This document shows positions 24,566 through 35,639 of a stretch of 64,000 bases of DNA, piece by piece. A program made the position numbers and the translations under genes. This stretch comes from Gnetum montanum (Eukaryota > Plantae > Gnetophyta). Numbering within the stretch: position 1 is the stretch's first letter; the number at the start of each line of letters is the position of its first letter. The notes below the pieces were generated by a model. It did not search any database. It had not been told where the DNA came from and saw nothing but the letters and a program-made list of their open reading frames with translations. Where the stretch lies: positions 286,181 to 350,180 of the forward strand of contig MNCI01002812.1 of assembly GCA_015680685.1 (NCBI GenBank). Reading direction: 5' to 3'.

Positions 24566-27500
24566 TTTTTTGGAAAATGATCAAGTGATTTTATTCCAAA
24601 AAATAATGTACAAATGTACACAAATGATCATCGACCAGAGTCAACACAACCCATCCATGTGACCCAACGGTCACCTACAACGTATCACACAATCCCCTAC
24701 ACACCTGCCCATCGTAGCCCTCCCATGCTGCCCAATGCCTCTCACCCCAGTGACTCAACACCTGTTCCCAAGAGCAAAGTACAAATAAGATCCATGTACC
24801 CCAGAATACCCAGGACTGTAGCACTACCTGTCTACGTCCATCCCCAAATTACAATGTCCTACAGTCTTGGCTAAACAAGACCTAGATCCCTGACTCTCAA
24901 CCGTAGCTGAGGCCTCTAAGGCTTTAGTGCCAACCATAGTCTACTGTCCAGTCAATCCCAATCCAAGGACCCTTCATTGGTTCTCTATTGTGAGCTACGC
25001 CAATCCCATCTAGTGCTCAGAAATCACCACCTTCATCCACCTAAGGTCCTACAAGTGTGCTTTAGTCACCTCTCTTCAGGCCTCCTGTCACATGTTCTCC
25101 CACCTGAGCTACCATCATGCCCACTCCTCCATCTACGCCTGCTCAACCGCCAAGCGACACTCTTCCCACAGTTGTTCCTCCATGTCTATGGACATTTCTA
25201 CTCCCATGCTCTCCATCACAGGGCCCTGGTTGTGTTGTACCTGCACCCCAGCAGACGTTCCTTGGGGTCACCTTCTTTGATACACGATCATTGGCGCCAG
25301 GTGAATGATCAGTACACCCTCGTGCCACAGTGCGAGGATTACCCCAGGGTGTCGTCCCAACTACCTCCTCTACAAAGATTCCTACAAAAACTAGGGCAAG
25401 TTTATCAAGGTGCCTTGCCGAATATGCTTGAGAAAAGTGAAATGGACCCCCACCAGTTTGTGGGGGTACCCTGATTCCACAAAATACCTCTCCACCAGGA
25501 GCACCGCATCCCTCTAGACCCCTTGCAATACGGCCTTCCGAATATGCCCACTAGCAGTCCTAGGAATGTGTCCTGTGAACAACTCCCTCATGTCATCTTG
25601 GGCCCTCACAACCAGTGCCACGATTTCCCCTACATCCACCACCCCTAGCACGTTAGCCAGCATTTGCATTGTAATTTCAATCCTCTTGCCCCTGTAGCGT
25701 GTAGTGTCCCCCACCCAGTTGTCGTAGAACTGCTGAGTAGACAAGTCCTACTCTCCCTCCATGCGCTGGAACATCTCCACCCACCCCATCCGTTCAACCA
25801 ATGCCCATAACTCAGGCAAGCTGGAGAATTCTATCCATGATGGTGCAAAGAGTGAGTGTTGCTCCACAGCCTCTGTGGCCTCCTTCCACAGCCCACACGC
25901 CTCTTGAACCACTGCCATGGCTGTAGGAACTGGCTATCCCTGGAAAATCAAAGCATTTCTGTGTTTCCACAAGACCCACAATATAGCAAGGTGCAAGAAG
26001 TCTCTGTGGAAACTTGTGGTGGGGGATAAACTGGCAACCAACCACACCACTTGAGAAAACTTACAGTCAAAAATGAGATAATGCAAGTATCAGGTGCCTC
26101 CCGACAGTGTGGACATCTAGCATCCATTTGAATCCCTCTCTCTCTCAACATGGCCCTCACTAGCAACGCCCTATGTTTCAGCAACCATCCGAACACCTTG
26201 ATTTTTTCAGGGAGATGACCCTTCCAAATTTCAGCCCATTCCTCTTCCTACGGGTACCAAAATTTTATCAATTCCTTTGGATGCTACCCCAACAATCCAA
26301 GCTGCTCCACCACCATAGCGTGTTGACAAAAATTCTTCCAGAGTTGTGAACACTCCAAATGAGCCTCCCATCGCTGATATTTCCGCCGCAACATCTACAC
26401 CCACAATGCAGCCCCCTCACTCTGCCCCATGTACCTATTCATCAGGCGATGTGTGCCCAATGCCATTTTGTCTCCAAACCCCAAAATACCAATGCCCCTC
26501 ACCTGCCCCTCACCAGTTTGGGCCACGTTGTAACCATCCACAACACCAAGTGCATTTTCCTACCCCCTTTACCTCCAAACCATACAAATTCCCTCACAAT
26601 GCTATCAATCTTTTGCACCATCGTGGCTAGAGGTGTTGCCATGGATGTTGTAAACCTAGCAATTGCCATTAGGATCGTCGCAACTAGCACCATCTTTCAT
26701 TTTTTGGTCAGAAAATGGCAAGTCCAAAGCACGGTCCGCTGTTGTACTTGCTCTATCAATCCCCGCCAAGTCCTCTGCCTATTCCAGTCAAAGATAGGAA
26801 TTCCTAGATATATGTCATGTGCCTGGCCCAACAGAATACCCAGCAGCTGTATAATTTTGGCCTACACCCTTCCCTCCGTGTGGGTGCAATAGATGGTTGA
26901 TTTTCCTTTGTTGACTTCTAGGCCAACCTCCCGCTGCATCCTCTCCATTGCCCTTAACAAGGCTACAGCTTGTAGCATTGCAGCCTTGGAAAACACCATT
27001 GTATCATTTGCATAATGGGCTACCACATTGTGCACTCCAACAACCTGCAATCCCTGCACACCTTCATCAAGGCAATAGCCTTTGAACAAGTCCATGACCA
27101 TAATAAATAAGAGCGGTGACAACGGATCCCCCTGTCTTTGTCCACATCCTATTCCAACAAACCCACAGAGCCTCCCATCAATGTCAAGGGAATACCTACC
27201 ACTTCATTGTATTTGAATACAAAGATTGACAAACTTTGTATCAAACCCCTTTTCTATCATCACCATCCTAAGCACCAGCCAGCTCACAGTGTCATAGGCC
27301 TTGGTTATATCCAGTTTGATGCATATGCCTGGAATCTAGCCCTCCTAATTGAGTGCAAGATCTCTTGCAAGAGCAACACCTAGTCCTGCAAGTACCGACC
27401 CTTAACGAACCCCACCTGATGCTCCCCAACCAGCTTCCCCATCAGTGGCGCAAGGCATCCAACCAGCAATTTGGAGAAAACACGCAGCAATGTGTTGCAA

Positions 27501-30500
27501 ACCTCAATAGGCCTAAATTTTCCTAGTGCTATTGGGTTTGGAACCTTGGGTAGCAACACCACCTTGGAACAATTGATTTCCCTCCTAACTTGCTACCAAA
27601 AAAGCATACTATTGTATGCATCCAGTAAATTGGATCCTACAAGATCCTCATATCCCCTAAAGAATTCAATCGGCCATCCATCCAGTCCCAGAGCCTTGTT
27701 GGATTGCATGAATTTCAAAGCCCACCGTAGCTCCTCCTGTGAGAAGGGACGCAGTAGACTAGCGTTGTCATTACTCGTGATGACCCTTGTGATTGGCAAG
27801 GAGATTGGTTCCATGGCCTGCCATCGCCATATGTCCCCCCAATATTTCTGCAGTGCGTTCAGTCCCCTCCTACTACCCTATGGACCTCCCCCACCTATAC
27901 CTCAATCAAATGTTGGATTTTGTTCCTGTGAGCCCTATTTTGTTTGGCCGTGGCAAAGAAGAATCATGTATGTTTGTCCCCTTCCCACAGCCAAGTTACC
28001 CTAAACCGTTGTCACTAGTAACTCTCCTCCTCCCTATCTTGCTCCTAGAGTTCCCTGAGTAGTTCCTATTCTTCAATGTCCTTGGCTGCCCCCACTTCCT
28101 GCAGCAACCGCTAGATCTGCTGCAATTCCATCTACACCTACTACCTATATCCCCAAAAGCTATATTTGTCATCCGATGCTCTAGCTTTGATATTATTTTT
28201 CAGCTCCCACAACCCATCCCTCAAGGACTGTTGAGGCTCCTGTGCCCCAATGTAATTGTTCCAAATTGCTGCCACCATTGGCTTCAGCCAAGCTTGCTCA
28301 AATCTGAATGGCCTGGGCCTCTGTCTCTCCCCAACCGGAGCTAGCACACAATGGAACAATGATCTAAAGCCTATCTCTCCTTTCCCTCCGCCGTGATGTC
28401 GTATTCCAGCATGAGATGCTCGCTCACCCACACGCGATCGATCCTAGACTAGACATGATCAGTGCCCCTCCGACAATTACCCCAAGTGAATTGACACCCC
28501 ACAATCTCCAATTCAACCAACTCATATTGATGGAGAAACTAGAAACATGCCTATGCCCTTGGTGGATCAATGCAGTCGTGTCCAAACTTTTCCCAACAAT
28601 AGAGCCGCTAGTTGAAATCTCCTAGCAACAACCATCTGGCATGATTGGGGATGACCCCTGCCACCTGTCTAAGCTCCTACATCTAGATCTCCCAGTTTTG
28701 TGCCCCATAAAAATTGGTTATGCAAAGATCCGCTTGTGGCATGTGGACAATTTGGCTCCAATCCAAATCATCAACAAAACTTATTGGTATTTTGGCAAGA
28801 ATGGCCAAACCTCCTGCGCATCCCCTACTTGGTACCATCTGAGTTGTCCATCCCTCCCAGAGCAACAACTTCCTCTTAGTCATTTAGACCTTAGTATCCT
28901 GTAAACAAACAACCTCACACCCTACCTCTCTAACCATCGTTCATAGGGTATTTCTTCTATATGGGGTACCCTGGCCCTAGTAGTTCCATGTAAGCACCTT
29001 CGTGGAGATGTAGACACCTAACAGTGATACACCTCCTGCAGCATTCACTACACCCCCAAATCCAAATCCCTCTGTGTGAGTTTCTTGCACGTTGTGGTTT
29101 TATTGTGTTGCCCAACCTTGCTGTCTAGCCTAAGAACAACCGCACCGAGCTATCCCTCTGCATGCCTAGGCTAGATGTCCTACATCTTTGGTTTTGCAGA
29201 GCCCCAACCCACAATGATCCACACCCCCAATGGGGGTAATTCCAGTGTTGAATCCTACACCGCAATCCTAGGAACTGACAGGATGCAAGGAGAACCAGGA
29301 ATCTCCTGCATCACCTCACATGTCAATGACCCCGCAACTGTAACGTGGGGAGAACCAAGAATCTCCAACATCGCCTCACAAACCAACACCCCCTCAACCA
29401 TGTTGTTGTCCTGCTACAACATTGTCACTTCCTCCTCCACCTAAGGCCATACCTTTTCCTTTGGCAGCCTCTATCCATCTCCCCTCCTTGCCATGGTTTG
29501 AGCTAGCAGGCGTTTGGCCTAGGGTCCTCCATCTGCCGTGACATCTGATCCCTACCTTCATATTCGACCCTTCTTGCCCACAAGATTCTAGCCCTTAGCC
29601 ACCTCCACTAATCCTCTACGGCACTTTGATCCAGAGTGTCGTATTCCACATATTTTGCACTTCGGGTGCCCCTCCCTGCACGCTGGCAGGTTTTCAAATT
29701 GTACCTAGAGCTTCTTCTCTCCGCTAGCAATGTCCAGCACTATTTCCACAACCAAATCCTCTATCTTCAGTGACCTCCACACGCAAAAATGGGCGTAGCC
29801 CATGCAATCCATGGATTTTGTGAATGTGTCGAATTTTATAAACTCCTCGAACATCCCTGCCAGACACTTCAGGAACCCTGGTTCCCAGTACTCCAACGGC
29901 AGATCAAACAACTAGATCCAAACCAGCGCCCAATCAAACAGACCATTGTCCCGATGTGCTCCTAGTCTCCAGGGGACCAGGGCCAATCTGTGAGCACCAT
30001 AGAACCATAGACCCCTGAGCAACACCTTGTCTCGATCTCCCACCATTGCGAACATGAACAGCAGCCAATCATCTGCCAACCCCCAAACCCAGACATCCTC
30101 CAACCCCCATGTCAGTTTGACCCATTTGCGGACCAAATCTAGACGCAGCCTAACTCCCTCTAAGATGAACTTGCCCAGTAAGCTCCTCTTTAGTTCCTAG
30201 ACCACCTCTTCGGGTGGGCGTTCAATCCTAACCCATAGAACCATGTCCTCCCATGTGCAACCATCAAACCCAGTGCCCTGGTGTGAACCACCATTGCTGC
30301 CTCCCGTAGCAACCACTCCTGCAGCACCCTAGTGCGAATTGCTATTGCTACCTCCTACAGTAGCCGAGCCTCCAGCACCCTGGTGCAAACCACCGTTGTT
30401 GCCTCCTGCAGCAACCGATCCCCTAACCCCTCCCGCAACATACAATCCTCCAGCCCCTCCCATAGCATACAATCCTCCAACCCCTCCTACCTTCATGCCT

Positions 30501-30662
30501 GTCCCTACCTCACCCACTCTGAGTGTCGCTGCCGTCACCATTCTCACCCCTGCCTCACCCGCTCCTAGCACTGCTCCTGTCACCACTGTTGTCATTCCCG
30601 TTCCTAGCGCCGCTCCCACACCCATTATTGTTCCCACTCCTGACATTTCAAAAAGCAATTTT
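24566..30662 (-). mobile_element. Near full-length L1-clade LINE copy E (no J-domain), ~19 bp TSD
   Basis: TSD TGACATATAT(C/T)TATGATTT at 24547-24565 and 30663-30681. AATAAA and poly(A) at the 3' end. ORF1 with DUF4283-like segment and CKICGIRHSGSKC. ORF2 from ~29003 (KVLTWN..GQGTPY) with RT (HYANDT), zf-RVT and a PF20167-like extension plus coil at ~24900-25830. Confidence 0.95.
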
Positions 30663-31764
30663 TGACATATATTTATGATTTGACCAAGGGAATTTTTTTC
30701 TCTTTACAAAATATCAAATTGATCAATTAAAAATGTGTATAAAATTGAAAATTTTGGAAAATATTATCCACCATTACATTACTGATCCTAGATGGTTATG
30801 GATGAAATATAATTTAGCATCACAAGATCATGCCCTTCCCTATGATTGGCAATTGGCCTCTTGGCCTACATTATGTTTAAACCTGAAATAAATTTCTTCC
30901 TTAAAGGAAAAGGCCTGCAATAAGAAAACTATCTTTTGTATGATTGAAAGCAATGGATTTAGAGGAGCTGTGGCACAGAAGAAGGATGTTATAGATGTGG
31001 CTAGTCTGTATCAACAAACAGGATATAAGACCTTAAAGAAAAAAGCATGCAGTAAGAAAACTATCTTTGATATGAAGATAAAGCTAACATGGATTTGAAG
31101 ATGTTTATGATAGAAAGGACATCTCAAGGCAAGAAATCTTGGATTCATCTTACCTTAAATTTGTTTTCTAGAACTTTAAGGATTTAGAAACATGTGTAGA
31201 AAAGGATCTTGAAAAATTTTAGGTTGGCTCCAGTAATAGATAATATTCATCTTCAAAAAACCATGAAAGGAAAGATGCTTGCTAGAAGGGCTAGAGATCT
31301 AATTAGGGTTGGGTCCCAGGCTCATGTGCCACTTAGTATTATCATTGGCAATTACATGTTGCCCACTTATTATTCACATGTTACAATGTTTTTCAAGTGT
31401 TTGACACATTCATTTCATTCCTTGGTCATTCTTTCAGATTCCAATAAAATCCTGGTTATCCTGAAAATTTTTATTATTGATACAAAAATCCTGTTGCCTG
31501 TCCTAGGGAAAAAAAGAAAAGAAACAAACATTTTTTAAAAAACTGCATGCATTTAGTTGCAAAAAATAGAAACTGAAAAAAATAACATATTTTAACACTT
31601 ATGATCATACTGTGCACTTCAGTTAGACAGACTATGAGGAAGGCATATTAACATGTAAAAAACAAATTGTCTAATTCTAATTGAATTGCATATTATATCA
31701 GCTTCATAACTCAATAAATCAACTTATAAGAATTCTTAAATAGTTTTTAATCATGGAAACTTAC

Positions 31765-31818
31765 AATCGTCCCAACAATCTCCTTCTGAGTCACATCCCT
31801 TTTTACAGAATACTCTCC
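31765..31818 (-). CDS. Host gene coding exon 2 (WRVFCKKGCDSEGDCWDD)
   Basis: ttttgtacag acceptor, gtaagt donor, 54 nt, phase 1/1. Joins give T|GG (Trp) and T|GC (Cys). Confidence 0.92.
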
Positions 31819-32619
31819 CTGTACAAAAGTGCAATCATATAAATGTTTTTACTGCTGTTTATTCAACTACAAGTTATAACAATCACTCATGTATATTAGC
31901 TGAAAACATTATTTGCTTCATGTGTTGGTTTATACTATTCATTCATATTTTAATAATTTGAACACTGCTAGCAGCAAAATGTCATTTAACTATCGATGCA
32001 GCAGCATAGGTTTTGGGACATCAGCAAATGACTCCGGGACAAGTTTGAAATGTTTAATGATCCTAGAAAAGAAAGTGTAGGACATATGTTGCTGATTACA
32101 ACTGTATGACAATCCCAATAAGTACAAATATATGTAAGTCCTAATATCACAAAATACGTAATTAGTAATCTCATGATATCTACCCAACATCTCTTATCTG
32201 CCAATTTTGAAGCAAGTCATCTCCTGATGTAGCATGTTGTCCAGTTCTGAAGTTCTATGATAGAAATATGACATTCTATTCTTTTCTGAATGCAAAATCC
32301 TTAACCAACACAATGTCAAGTGCATCCAGACATATAATTTGTACCCATTCCCTATATTTTTATTAACTGCTCTTAGATTCACTATTTAAAGTCATCCCCT
32401 TTATTTGTGGTCTGAGGTACCTGCAGAACCATGCCATAGTGCAGTGATATGTATAACCATGACTCTAAATTTAAGCTACTGGATGAATGACTCAACCAAT
32501 ATCCCCCTTGGATTTTCTAAACATAATTCATAGAATTCTGATATTGCCATTGTTACATGACTTGGAATTGTAACTCAACTAACCAAAAACCCCTATGACT
32601 TAGCCAAAAGTCTTAATCA

Positions 32620-33140
32620 TTAATATCATCATTATCTTAGCCTTATCATGGAATCAGATATACAAGGTTATTTTTTCCATTCACATCTATCCAAAGCCAA
32701 ATAATTATTATTCCAAGTTCTTTATACGTCCCTTTGCTACTTTTATTCCATGTCTCTTTTATTTTTTACTTTATTGCTTTATTCAACTTTAACTTAATAT
32801 AGCTTTGACAAGTGCATTTCCTGGTGTATTGTAAATATGTGCTGGTCTGAACCCAGAAAAAGAAACATAGCAAATTATCATCATCATCCTAGCCTTATCT
32901 CATATCTGCTTTATTGCTTTAATTCAACTTTAACTTAAGATATCCTTTGACAAGAAAATTTACTGGTCTATTATAAATATGTGCTAGTTTGAACCCAGAA
33001 AAAGAGACCTCATAAATTATCATCATCATCATAGCCTTATCCTAACTATATGAGGTTATTTTTATGAGTTCTTTTCTATCATTTACCTCTAGTAAGGACC
33101 AAATTAATGTTAATTCCCAATCCTTAAATATCTATATTAA
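32620..33140 (-). mobile_element. Cluster of RTE-type LINE/SINE 3' ends within a ~135 bp tandem duplication
   Basis: Three ATAAGGCTA...(GAT)n termini at ~32625-32650, 32877-32900 and 33019-33045. 32769-32900 is repeated at 32909-33042. Confidence 0.6.
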
Positions 33141-33479
33141 TTATTGCATAATGAGACACTACAAATAATGTCATAAATTGGGATATATGGCTTAGGTCAG
33201 CCTATTAAGGCTAAGATGGTTAGGTGTGGTATTGATTTGATATCTTAGAACAATTTTAACTTTATGAATTCTAAGAATTGTTGAAGGTATATTTCACAAT
33301 GTACTTGCTGTTAGATATCTGACATGACTATCAACAATCCTCGTAGTATCTAGTTTTTGCTTTAGATATATTCTACATCACCGCCTGCACTTCAAGGTAG
33401 TTTTCCATATTAATGCATCTACTTATCTAGTATAGTTATTAATTTGATGATAACTACCTAAGTGCATCAAAGAAAGAAT

Positions 33480-34260
33480 ACAGGAGGTTTCAAGGTTCTG
33501 TATGTTTTTAAAAAAATGCAAGGATTTAGGACTTTGGGCTTGGAAAGTCAAAAAACAAATTTTTCATACTACCATCTATCCTACTGTATTGTATGGATGT
33601 TTTGTTTAAGAACATAGACTCAGTGCTAAACTTTGAAAAAATATTGAAAACATGCAAAAGCCTTTTCTACTCGATGAGTTAAAGGTAAAGATGCAAACAC
33701 CTTACTCAATATTTTTATGTGAATGTGATTTAATACCTTTAGAAGGAAAAACCTTGTACCAATTCATTACATACATGCATAATTTACATATCTCAAGGCA
33801 AGACAAATTCTAAAGCAGTTATTGAGGGTTCATGAGACCGTGGTTGGTATTTTCAGCGGATGTAATGGTTGAGAAAATAGAATATCTCTTGGGAGGAGGT
33901 GCAACAAAATCCTAAGCATATTCACCAACTAATCATGAAAAAGGTTTTAAAACAAATGTGGTCTAATATAGAAAGCAAGAAACAATTTTCTTTACATCAC
34001 ATTATATCTAATAAACTAGATGCAAAAGCTCACTATCTCTCAACTGCTATTCCAATCAAGTATCAAAATGTTATTAGCAAGTTTCTCTTAACTTCTCATC
34101 ATCTTAGAAGTGAAAGTGGAAGATGGATTCAACTTCCCAGCAAAGAGTATATTTGTAGATTGTGTAAGTCAAAAACCTTTGAAAATGAGTTACATGTGTT
34201 TCTTTTGTGTTGTGACTACCCATTTGGCATAGTGTTAGATTATTACAATAAAAAACTCCT
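33480..34260 (+). mobile_element. RTEX/L2-like LINE 3' fragment
   Basis: IYPTVLYGC motif, then ISKFLLTSHHLRSESGRW...ICRLCKSKTFENELHVFLLC, a C-terminal Cys/His finger. The clade call is tentative. Confidence 0.7.
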
Positions 34261-34284
34261 ATGATTTGTTTTTGCTGCCCCCAN

Positions 34285-34363
34285 ACCAGTTTCATGGACA
34301 CGGAGGAGCACCGTAATACCTTGGACCTCCTACATGAGCTGATTCGGCCGGATTGTGCCTGCA
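34285..34363 (+). mobile_element. 79 bp mini-contig between single Ns: C-terminal J-domain segment of another LINE copy
   Basis: Translates as FMDTEEHRNTLDLLHELIRPDCAC, 22/24 aa identical to copy D. Confidence 0.85.
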
Positions 34364-34660
34364 NTTTCAATTTCAATTCAATTTAATATAGACTAGGAGC
34401 ATGTATATCATAGGCCTGAGTATGCATGAGTTTCCTTTTGGCAAATAATATTAATAACATGTATACTTACTTAAGCTCATAAGTTTCCACCTATATAATA
34501 TCATCCTTGTCATAGCCTTATCCCAACTTCTACCTATAAAATAGAGTTCTCTTAAAGTATAGTTACATGGTGTTTTAAGTTTTAAACTTTGTGCTAGAAA
34601 ATAAGTTTTGCCCAAAGATATCTTCCAAACTTTTAGCCTCCTTTGTGAAGGGATGGAAAG

Positions 34661-34802
34661 TAAGCATCCTAAATAACAGCCTTGCTATAAGGTCTTCAGA
34701 AAAGAATGCACCAAGTTTGTCACTATACCCTTAAGCATCCTAAATAACAGCCTTGCTATAAGGTCTTCAGAAAAGAATGCACCAAGTTTGTCACTATACC
34801 CT
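34661..34802. repeat. Perfect 71 bp tandem duplication
   Basis: taagcatcctaaataacagcc...gtcactataccct occurs twice, identically. Confidence 0.95.
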
Positions 34803-35639
34803 TTTGGAAGAAGACAATGAGATCTGAAAACTTTAAGATCTGTAATAACAAATTTAAGTTTCCATTTTACTTTCATATTTTAAATTTATAGTAGAAACCA
34901 TTTCATAAAAATTTATAAAATAAACAAGTGGAAATTATCTCTACCCAAAGATAATTTTGTAACCTTTAGTTTTATCTTTGAAATGAATAATTTAGCAATC
35001 CATGGCCATGATGCTTCTATTGACTATTTGGGCCACTGATTTGTTATGTTGTCCCCTACATTTTGATATTCAATACCTTACTTTTAGAAAAAGATACCAA
35101 CTCATTGGAGATGTGCTCTCTCTCATTTGCAATTGTAACTGCCTTAATTTGACAATCAGATGCATTTTCCACCTTTGTTTTCAAATCTTTAGAAAAGCTA
35201 GAAAGCAATGGATTTAGCACTAACAAACTGTGATAAATTCAACAACCAATAATATGACATACCAAAAACCCAGGAGATTTACAGACAACAAGGGAATACA
35301 GAGATCTATGTGTGCCAGTGAATTTTATGTTATGCCTGACATTAGCTTTCCCAAATGTACAATACACACAAGCATTCAAGAAATAGAAGAAAGTTCCTTG
35401 TTACCATGCTTCTTGATCGTTATCTGTATAACCAAATAAAGAATTAAGCTTCTGAAATAGTGCAAAAAAAAATTAATTTGGCACTCTTTCATCTTGCAAG
35501 CAAAAAGAACCTTTTCAGGATCTAACATTTGGCACCAAAAAAGTGCTTTTTATATCAAAGATATTCCATCCTTATAGTGTGAAAGCTATCTAATGAAAAT
35601 TATTCAAAAATATTATGGTTTCATATTATTTGGAATGAT

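Noticed and set aside
30329-30665. Pro-rich extensin-like ORF (+) and Gly-rich ORF (-); similarly 4352-4780
   Set aside because: These are alternate frames of the low-complexity N-termini of LINE ORF1.
34661-34802. Perfect 71 bp duplication as a functional element
   Set aside because: No structure or coding signal. It is either a recent slippage or an assembly duplication.
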